Of a stretch of 64,000 nt of DNA, positions 54,140 to 64,000 are shown one piece after another. Within the stretch, counting starts at the first letter, position 1. Every line of letters begins with the position of its first letter. The notes under the pieces were generated by a model. The model had not been told where the DNA came from, made no database searches, and saw nothing but the letters and a program-made list of their open reading frames with translations. Location: NCBI GenBank assembly GCA_951406725.2, contig OX597818.1, positions 60,698,001 to 60,762,000 of the forward strand, given 5' to 3'. Origin of the DNA: Octopus vulgaris (taxonomy: Eukaryota). A program made the position numbers and the translations under genes.

Positions 54140-54630
54140 ATGTGTCCTCCTTTTTATCAACGAACTCAAATATGTTCTCTTTTTGATCAACGAACTCAAA
54201 TATTCTGTTGTGTTTGGGGAGAGTCATTTTCTTTTTGTGCCTTACAATTTAACACACTCACCAGTAAAATTTCCACTTTTTTCTTTTTTTATTCTCTTAA
54301 AATTTTCGTTGCATCTTGCAACCTTTTTAATAGTTTTGACTCTTGATTTCAATAGTCAAAACTATTGAAAATGTTGCAAGACGCAACGAAACTTTTAGAA
54401 AAATAAAAAATAAATAAGTGGAAATTTTACCGGTGAGTGCGTTAAATTGTAAGGCACAAAAAGAAAATGACTCTCCCCAGACACAACAGAATATGCTTCA
54501 ACACACGAACTCATATAAAGAATCTTGCAAACCAAATCCAAGAACTCAAATATATTCTCCTATTTCTACGAACTCAAATACGTCCACTTTTTGATCAACG
54601 AACTCAAACATGTCCACCTATTTTCTAACT
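54140..54630 (+). repeat. Minisatellite of about 30 bp (TCAACGAACTCAAATATGT...), interrupted by a MITE
   Basis: GAACTCAAA-type units near 54162, 54192, 54507, 54542, 54570 and 54600. Confidence 0.75.
54203..54491. mobile_element. MITE of about 290 bp, foldback along nearly its whole length, TA TSD
   Basis: TA|TTCTGTTGTGTTTGGGGAGAGTCATTTTCTTTTTGTGCCTTACAATTTAAC... pairs with ...GTTAAATTGTAAGGCACAAAAAGAAAATGACTCTCCCCAGACACAACAGAA|TA. Confidence 0.88.
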
Positions 54631-54997
54631 TTGAAAAGACTTCTAACCTCTGAATTTCAGTTTCGTCTATGTAAGCCCATTTGTTCGTATCCAGTTGCAG
54701 TTTCTGACCATGTATTCTCCAATTCCATGCTAACTTCTGATTCGATCAGCTTTTGTTGTCCTTAAACTGACTCGGAGTATCTGACGAAAGACTCCAGCTA
54801 AGACCGCTGTTATTCCATCGAAAGAAAAGTTTGATCCCTTGGTATCCCGAGCAGTTTTGCACAAAGTCTCAAACACATTTCTCTGGATTATAGTGCAAAC
54901 ATCGCAAATTACCTGCGAATACTGTTTTAGCCCTTCTACACTCTATTTTTAATGTATATTCTCTATCAACACATCTTGTACGCACCATGCACACACA

Positions 54998-55038
<41 letters not shown>

Positions 55039-55041
55039 ATA

Positions 55042-55098
<57 letters not shown>

Positions 55099-55683
55099 AT
55101 ACACACATATACTGATTATACACGAACGGTGTATGCTAACATACACACATTCGCAATATATCATTTTTATGTGAACCGAGGTCAACAAAGTCGTAAAATT
55201 ATGTTTGATCTCTGGTGGTTCTGTTTCTATCTCACTACTTCTCTTTCTCTCATCAACGACTCTCTCTCTCTCTCTCTCTAGCAGTCTAATAGTTCTCTCC
55301 TAGCTTTCTATTTATAATTGTCTTCCAGTCTGTCCCTATCTCTGACGTCACCCACAATTCAGCCAATACTGAGTCGTAATCAAATACAAATACACACACA
55401 CGGAATCACTGATATATATATATATATATATATATATAAGAGGAAAGCGAGTAATGTGTGAGTGTATGTGCATAGTTTTTTTTCTGTGTGTCCAAATTAT
55501 ATTCAGAAATGATAGAGTTTGACTGTCAACCTTTCCTTGTAATAGCTTAATAAATATGTACTTTACAAAAGACGCTATAGAGTAATCTTTCAGTTTAATT
55601 TTAAATTGATTCTATATTTAACTTGAGAAGAAGGCAAGCAGTATACATACATACATACATACATACATACGTACGTACATACA

Positions 55684-55715
<32 letters not shown>

Positions 55716-55846
55716 CATACATGTATATATATATATACATACATATACATATACATACACACATATATATATATACATACATGTATGTATATTTGTACTT
55801 ATATGTATGTATGTGCTCGCACGTGTGTTCATGTGTATATGTGTGT

Positions 55847-55896
<50 letters not shown>

Positions 55897-55904
55897 AATA
55901 AATA

Positions 55905-56098
55905 CGCCCTTTTAAAGCCTAGCCAGGCTCATGAACCCATTTCCCGGTTTCTATGGCGTATGTGTTCCCAAGTTGGACGAGACGCCAGTCCATCGCAGCG
56001 TTACTCATTTTTGGCAGCTGAGTGGACTGGAGCAACGTGAAACGAAGTGTTTTGCTCAAGAACACAACGCCTCGCCTGGTCTAGGAATCGAAACCACA
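55905..56098 (-). mobile_element. SINE family C variant (different 3' module)
   Basis: Shares CAGCTGAGTGGACTGGAGCAACGTGAA...TTGCTCAAGAACACAACG and the B-box. Confidence 0.7.
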
Positions 56099-56445
56099 AA
56101 CAGCGGAAGTGAGCTAAACTGTTAAAACTTAGTGCACCTGCACGACTGAGTGCAACGTCAATCTTTGCCAAGCGGTTTTACTCTGCGTTTTTTTTTTTAG
56201 TTTCGTTACTATGGCAACAGTCCCGATAATTATTGATCAAACCTCGTATACATATGGTAATATTTGATTTTTTATATCATCTGAGTAATAACTTTACAAC
56301 GTGCATACCAAGGCTTCTTTACAGTTGTAGGCTATCTTATGCTATCATTTTTACTGTATAATTTGTGAAACACTAAGCAACTAACAGCTGATGCTAATGA
56401 ACAGAAGCAGCTGTGAATTGGATTAAAGCCTGTCCATTCCAACTT

Positions 56446-57336
56446 CATGGTGCGGCAAAATGAACTGACACATTTGTAGGTTTAATAAAAGTAAAATACA
56501 GTAAAGAACAAAAAATGTGTTTTCATATTCTGAAAGTACATATAATGCCATTTTGTTTCAATAGATGCAATTTGTGATGCTTAGTTTTATTTTGTTTTCA
56601 GTGGACAAAATGTATGAGACGAGCATCGTGCTTTCATTATGGAAGCGTTTACCAAGAACAGCGAAACCATATCTATGTAACTATGTTCCATGTGCACTTA
56701 AGGCTTGGTAGACGTGATCCTGTACCTACTCAAAATTCTGCGGCAGCAGAATTCAGCATTTGGGGGTCCGTACTTCTTCGAAGAAGACAATGTTACAGTG
56801 ACTGTGAACTCTGATCGATATTGTGTGATGCTAGAGAACTTTCTGAAACCTAAATTGAATAAGCTTGACGATAGGGACAATGTTTGATTTCAACAGGATG
56901 AGGCAACAGCCCACACTCCGCGATGTGAGATGGGGATTTTGAGGAAGATGTTCCCCGGGCATTTGATCTCATTGCGCAGTGGCATCGGTCAGCCGATCAC
57001 CTGATTTGAACCCGTGCGATGTTTATCTCTGGAGATACATGAAATCAGAGGTATACACTCATCGCCCTCAATCTATTGAACAATTAAAAAGATGCCATTC
57101 ATCAAGAAATTGCTGCCATTCTTCATGGAATGACCGAGTAGGGGACAACTTTTGTGAACCCCTTGGACAGTATGTGGATAGTAACTGCGCCCACTTCACT
57201 GATTTAATTTTAAAAACCAAATGAAATAAAATGGCATTATATGTCCATTTCGGAAAGAAAAACACATCTTTCGTTCTTTACTCTATTTGACTTTTATTAA
57301 ACCTAAAAATATGTCAGTTCATTTTGCGGCACCCTA
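56446..57336 (+). mobile_element. Internally deleted Tc1/mariner element (rosa/DD41D-like) with decayed transposase
   Basis: TIRs CATGGTGCGGCAAAATGAACTGACACATTT and AAATATGTCAGTTCATTTTGCGGCACCCTA|TA. Peptide GPYFFEEDNVTVTVNSDRYCVML...FQQDEATAHT...FPGHLISLR...SRSPDLNPCDVYLWRYMKSEVY. Confidence 0.9.
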
Positions 57337-57488
57337 TATATATATATTTGTGTGTGTATGTGTGTATGTATATTTTTTATATAGAGTTAATCCAAACATG
57401 AAAACACAAAGAGAAAACACAACAACGCGAGGATATAGAACAAGTATAGTGTTATTGGACGCTCAGAAAAAGAAGGAAAGAAGGAGGA

Positions 57489-57521
57489 TTTAACGTTTCG
57501 AGCGGAGCTCTTCGTCAGAAA
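57489..57521 (-). ncRNA. Minimal PLE-type hammerhead motif in a repeat at about 57380-57595
   Basis: TTT-CTGACGA-A-GAGC tcc GCTC-GAAACGTT^AAA, with a palindromic AACGTT stem III. Confidence 0.65.
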
Positions 57522-57624
57522 CATAGGAAGAGGAAAGATCCAAGGAAGGGAAGACGGAAGAAAAAATCGCTAACGATACACACGCGGTCACATTTTGAAT
57601 ATATATTTAATAAAAGAATATATT

Positions 57625-58215
57625 CATTGACGCGTTTCAGCCCGAAGGCTGTGGCCATAGCGGAGCACCACCAATATCATCTGTTTATTGACCATTCTTA
57701 TTCGATTGGCTTTTGGTGAGGTGGGGACGTTGATATTGCTGAGCCCTTTTGAGTTCCTTACCATGATGCATGTTTATCTGGGCTCTTGGACAGGAGGTGG
57801 TAATGTTGTTATTTAAAACATCTACTCCCATTACATGTAGATCTCTCAGGCTTTTTTTTATTTCTTTATTGCCCACATGGGGTTAAACATAGAAGGGACA
57901 AACAAGGACAGACAAAGGGACTAAGTCGATTACATCGTCTCCAGTGTGTAACTGGTACTTATTCAATCGACCCCGAAAGGACGAAAGGCAAAGTCGACTT
58001 CGACGGAATTTGATCTCAGAACGTAACAGCAGACGAAATAGCGCTAAGCATTTAGTCCGGGGTGCTAACATTTCTGCCAGCTCGCCGCCCTATTTTTACA
58101 ATATATTAAATAGCTGTGGGCCGTTGGATCCCAAGCTATTGCAGTGTCTGGTCCACGCTCTAGACGGAATGGATGTTCTTCGGAACAGTGCAGTAATATG
58201 CTATTTGGGAGCTGG
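57625..58215 (-). mobile_element. CR1-clade LINE 3' end interrupted by SINE A (57859-58090, minus)
   Basis: SIPSRAWTRHCNSLGSNGPQLFNIL | SLRDLHVMGVDVL; tail GGTGGTGCTCCGCTATGGCCACAGCCTTCGGGCTGAAAC. Confidence 0.8.
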
Positions 58216-58337
58216 TATAGCAATCGCAGTTTAGTGAGAACTATATATATATATATATATATAGGGAGAGAGAGAGAGAGAAACTCAAACACTGAGGTAA
58301 AGGGGCATCACTTCTCATATCAATCTTTAGGTCATGG

Positions 58338-58385
<48 letters not shown>

Positions 58386-58559
58386 TTAATATATTATATA
58401 TACATGTGTGTATGCGTGTATGTGTTGTGCGTGCGTGCGTGTGTGTGTGTGTGTGTGTAAGCACACTTGTCATCTTCAAATGACATGTAAGACGAAACTT
58501 CGAATTCTGTACCAGCCTTTTCTGTTTGAATGCATATGTTTACAGAAAGACAGGCAGGC

Positions 58560-58583
58560 AGACATACAGACAGACAGACAGAC

Positions 58584-58637
<54 letters not shown>

Positions 58638-58644
58638 GTAGATT

Positions 58645-58735
<91 letters not shown>
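58560..58735. repeat. (GACA)/(GATA)n array
   Basis: Seen directly. Confidence 0.95.
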
Positions 58736-59493
58736 GTGTCTCAGCTGAGAAATAGAAATGACGGTTTATCAAATGGTTTGATATTGGAGTTTGCTACCCA
58801 TGTGGTTTCGTTTTATAATATGGGAAGTATCAATTGTGAATGCCTGTATTTATTTATTTAATGATACGCTGCAAATAGTTGAATTCCACGTTGATGTACT
58901 AGGGTCTAATTTCCTGAAATGCTAATGTGATTTCGAATTCAAACTGAACGTGACATCCTAGAAATTTATAGTTAATAGATATGCTTCTACTGAGAACCTC
59001 AGGAGACACGTTTTCATCGTTTATAAACTCATTCCTGGCTTCCATATCGAAAACGAAGGTATATTTGGCCTAATTAAATTTGATAGTTAGAATCTGTCTT
59101 TCCATATGTAAGGGCCTTCCTTCTATATATGTAAGAGGAAACTTATTGATAAAATTATTCATGCCCGTAGCATTTAACACGAAAAACCTAGACCCACTCT
59201 GCTACGAGAATGCATCACTGCCAACAAAATACGAAGAGCGTTGCACGTTTCAAACTCAATGTTCAGGGTATTTGTTTCGATATCAAAAAGGAAATTATAT
59301 TAAGCTTGATTAAATTTCATTATTGAAATTAATGTTTCCAGCGTAGACATGGCTGTACGGTTAATAAGCTCGCTTTGCACCCATGCGTTTTAAGGTTCGG
59401 CTCCACTGCGTAACACCTTCAACGGGTGTCTTCTACTATAGTCGAGGCTGACCAGTGAGTTGTGAGGGAATTTGCTAAGCGGAAACTATGTGT

Positions 59494-59538
<45 letters not shown>

Positions 59539-59624
59539 TATGTATGTATGTGTGTATGTATGTATGTATGTATGTATGTATGTATGTATGTATGTATGTT
59601 CTCACCCTGTTTATTTCTGTGTTC

Positions 59625-59660
59625 CTTTCTGTCTAGGAGCGTAGGCTCGAAACGTAAAAG
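59625..59660 (+). ncRNA. Degenerate minimal HHR-like motif (CUGU core family), in a repeat at about 59600-59738
   Basis: CTTT-CTGTCTA-G-GAGC gtag GCTC-GAAACGTA^AAAG; flanks are homologous to 26178-26362. Confidence 0.45.
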
Positions 59661-59737
59661 ACTTTCTCACTTCCCAAGAAGTTTGATGTTTATTGTTTAC
59701 ACACCTGTCTTCGTCTTTTGTTTATTTATAAATTCAC

Positions 59738-60133
59738 ACTGGCTGTGTGGTAAGTAGCTTGCTAACCAACCACATGGTTCCGGGTTCAGTCCCATTGCGT
59801 GGCATCTTGGGCAAGTGTCTTCTGCTATAGCCCCGGGCCGACCAATGCCTTGTGAGTGGATTTGGTAGACGGAAACTGAAAGAAGCCTGTCGTATATATG
59901 TATATATACATGCATGTGTGTTTCTTTATGTCTGTGTTTGTCCCCCTAGCATTGCTTGACAACCGATGCTGGTGTGTTTATGTCCCCGTTACTTAGCGGT
60001 TCGGCAAAAGAGACCGATAGAATAGGTACTGGGCTTACAAAAAGAATAAGTCCCGGGGTCGAATTGCTCGATTAAAGGTGGTGCTCCAGCATGGCCGCAG
60101 TCAAATGACTGAAACAAGTAAAAGAGTAAAAGA

Positions 60134-60135
<2 letters not shown>
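59738..60135 (+). mobile_element. SINE family B (further partial copies at 59340-59485 plus and 60842-61105 minus)
   Basis: Consensus core and tail. Confidence 0.88.
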
Positions 60136-60195
<60 letters not shown>

Positions 60196-61309
60196 GTTGT
60201 GTAAGATATAAGCTGGAGATAATATAACCTTCTAAGGGATAGATGTAGCCATAACTAATTATAAGACCATGGCTTTTAATAAACTCTCTTCTCTTTTATC
60301 CTCAGACTGATACAATGAATTATGGAAGTCACTAAAATGTAAGACTGTTGAATTAACGAACATTTTTCCTTTTTCCTTTCCTTTTCTTATATTTACTTTC
60401 TATTTTCCTTCTATTTATCTTTTGCCATATAACCGTTCTCATGATGTCTATCAATTGTTACGAGGTAAATACAAATTTTCCCCAGCATGCTATATAGAAA
60501 CAACTGTAAACATGCTCTCGTCTGAATTAAATATTAATGATCCACTTCTCAGTGTTAATTGCTCCATTTCTTATCCTCTCTCTCTCTCTCTCTCTGTCTC
60601 TATTGATATATATATAATTTATTTAAAGGTCGCAATATATGTAATGTGAGATTTGGCAGAATCTTTAGAGTCATTCGACTTAACAAGCAGTCACGTCACT
60701 CATATGGTAGTATGAATTTGCGATAAAAAGCCAACGGTAGGAGGTATATAATGTACTGATCTGTGATAGAAATTACAACATAAAAAGTATCCCTTTAAAT
60801 AAATATTTACCTCTCTTCGGATAGAGCACTTTTTTTTTTGTTGCTGGAGCACCGCCTTTAGTCGAGCAATAAGTCGGGACTTATTCTCTGTAAGCCTAGT
60901 ATTTTATCGGTCATTTTTGCCGAACCGCTAAGTTACGAGGAAGTAACTAGCATCGGTTGTCAAGCGATAGTGGCTAGACGGGGGAACGGAAATACACACA
61001 CAAACATGTATAAATATACGACGGGCTTTTTTCAGTTTCCGTCTACCAAATCCATTCACAAGGCTTTGGTCGGCCCGAGGCTATAGTAGGAAACACTTGC
61101 ACAAGGATTTTGTGAAAAAGAATTCGAACAGTTAATGTGCACATTACAAATAGAGTTTGTAAGTCGAACAATAAAGATATGCATGATTTTTCTAAGGTTT
61201 AAATTTGTGAATTTGTTTCTGTTATCGACATTCCAACGAAGAAGCTAAGTATCTTTATAACCAGCTCCCTCCTTTCAGGGAGACTTCAAATAACCAAAAG
61301 TAGAAGAGA

Positions 61310-61880
<571 letters not shown>

Positions 61881-62989
61881 GCGTATATGAAATTAGAAGA
61901 TACATCCATTAGTTTAAGCAATTCTGAGGTGTAAATAACTTGATACAAGCATGTAGAGTAGGTTACAAATTTTATTTCAAGCTGAAATTACATAGCTTCC
62001 GCATGAACGGGAAGTATTAGATGCAGATGGTTGAAAGCCTTATACAATAACGTTGCAACTACATCAAAAGGTTTTTGTATGCTTAATGTGTATATTCAAC
62101 GATATTTTTTTGTATTTTATCACATATAAAAATATAAAATTATTTCATTTATTTCATTGATTGCTTGAAAATCAGTAAACCATGAAACTAATAGTTGCAA
62201 TCGATGTAATTTCAGCTTAAAATATAATTTATAATCCATTCTACATCCTTCTGCCGAGTGTTTTTTTCTATCCATGGATTGTTTGCACTGTTGTGTATCT
62301 CCTTCCTACGTTGCTCCTGGATGTTGCGCCCTTTTCATATACGCAGGGATTCTGCTGAACATTGAATCAATATCCGTTGGAATTTTTTAACAAAATCGTT
62401 TCAGCAAAATAAAACAATTTATAAAATGACCATTACGAAACGTAAAGAATTTCTGGGAATTGCGTTGAAAAACGTTTTGCTTTGAGAAATATGACCCTTG
62501 CCTGCCTACGTGTAACTAGTTCGGTTTTAACCTTGAAAAATGTCTACTAAGACACAAGCGATTATGACCTTTCAAATCGAAGCTTTATATACCTGATTTA
62601 AAGGATGAAATTCGAAAATTTAGCCTACAACTTTCAGCAGAATTTAAATGAGAATTTAACGACAAACCAGTAAATATTTATGAAAAATTTTGTCATCTCT
62701 GAACAGCGGTAAAATTTATATGAAAATCAGAATAAAAGCTAAGATGTAATGATAATACGGATACTATAAAATTATCATTAGAATGCAAATTCATTAATCT
62801 GAAACCAAATAAAACTCTACAGATTTAGATGTACAAGACAGCAAAATTTTAGCTCAACGCAAATGTTATATTCAATCTAAGGACTACAATGAAAACTCTT
62901 TAAACCCAACAAAAAGTGGATTAGATAAATTAAGTCAAGTTCTCTTAAATAAGTAAGTGACTAGCCCTTATTAAAAAAAAAAAACATAG

Positions 62990-63185
62990 TGCGGTGACAA
63001 ACTGGCAAAATTGTCAATGTCGGAAAAATGCGATGCGGTAGTTTTGTGCTCAAATCCCGCCGCGGTCAACTTTGCCTTTCATACTTCTGGAGTTGGCAGA
63101 ATAAAGTACCAGTCAAGTATTGAGGTTAATGGTATCAAATAATCTTTACCCACAAAATTTCAGGTGCAGCGCCTATGTTAGAAGC
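62990..63185 (+). mobile_element. SINE family A, old diverged copy
   Basis: GGTCAACTTTGCCTTTCAT...ATAAAGTACCAG with a degenerate alternative tail. Confidence 0.65.
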
Positions 63186-64000
63186 AATTAGCTACTAGGA
63201 CAACAAGAGAAGGCAACTCACGCAATTGAGTGTTACCCATGGGTTGCCAAATCGCGATTTACAAGAACACTCTATTACACTGGAAACTACATATGAATGA
63301 TGATTCAAAAACAGAGAAATCGAGTGATGGGCGACTTAGATTCTGCCGTAAGCTGTGAACTCGTAGATCTTTATATTTTGCATCTGCTGAATTATGAATT
63401 CCATCATTTGTAATATGGTCTTTATAAAAATGATATAAAAATCATCACGTGGTAATTGTCTACCCAAGAATGAAATGAGTGTCGAGACGTAATGTTTTTT
63501 TAATTAGAGACTTGAACCAAAAACAATACGGTTCAAAGAAATTCGCATATTATTATCATTTGGGATTTAACGTTTGATCTGACTTCATACAAATACCCAG
63601 GTTTTAAGAAGCCAATTAAAAGGTTACAAAGCATATTGTCTTAAATATCCGCTTATTATTGATGAATTTTGTTTGTAAACTGTTACTTAATACATCATTC
63701 GATGAATTTCCCTTCAAGAAAATAAAATAATTCTTTCCTGTAATTAATAAACACGAATCAGGTTTAGAGTCAAAATTAATTATACATGAAAATTAATTTT
63801 ATGTTTCGCAGTATGAGACAACATAAAGGAATTGTTTAGAACTGAATTCAGGAACTACGTAAGAACTCGTATTGGTAACATTTATTTCAGGTAAACGCAT
63901 GGCTGAACAATTTAAATATTTTGAATCTTTTTTACAGGGATTTTCAAATTTAGCTTAGAAATAATTTAGTCTTAGCTTAGAAATAAGAAATATCAATAGT

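Noticed and set aside
45513-57336. Intact transposase or RT genes
   Set aside because: All coding remnants carry stops, frameshifts or large deletions, so none is called as a CDS.

Overview
This is AT-rich metazoan nuclear DNA, most consistent with an octopus or other cephalopod genome (inferred from the extreme TA/CA/TACA/TAGA/TAA microsatellite load and the style of the SINE families). No host protein-coding exon, rRNA, true tRNA or CRISPR array can be supported; almost all listed ORFs are microsatellite translations. The window is a mosaic of transposable elements. It holds three abundant tRNA-derived SINE families, one of which forms 2-6-unit internal multimers inside single target-site duplications (TSDs). 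It also holds decayed LINE fragments (CR1, RTE, Tx1/L1-like, and R4/Dong-like restriction-like-endonuclease elements beside TAA/TACA repeats), two internally deleted Tc1/mariner elements, a MITE, and Penelope-like (PLE) remnants. The main highlight is a set of hammerhead-ribozyme (HHR) elements in or beside microsatellites. These include two near-perfect foldbacks that put an HHR on both strands (1215-1346, and 25577-26001 with a long stem II) and a three-copy family with a non-canonical CUGU-N-GA core. Other notable points are a twin-priming-type inverted RTE insertion and SINE 3' tails that match LINE 3' ends in the same window. All family assignments were made by eye, without database searches, and boundaries are approximate.
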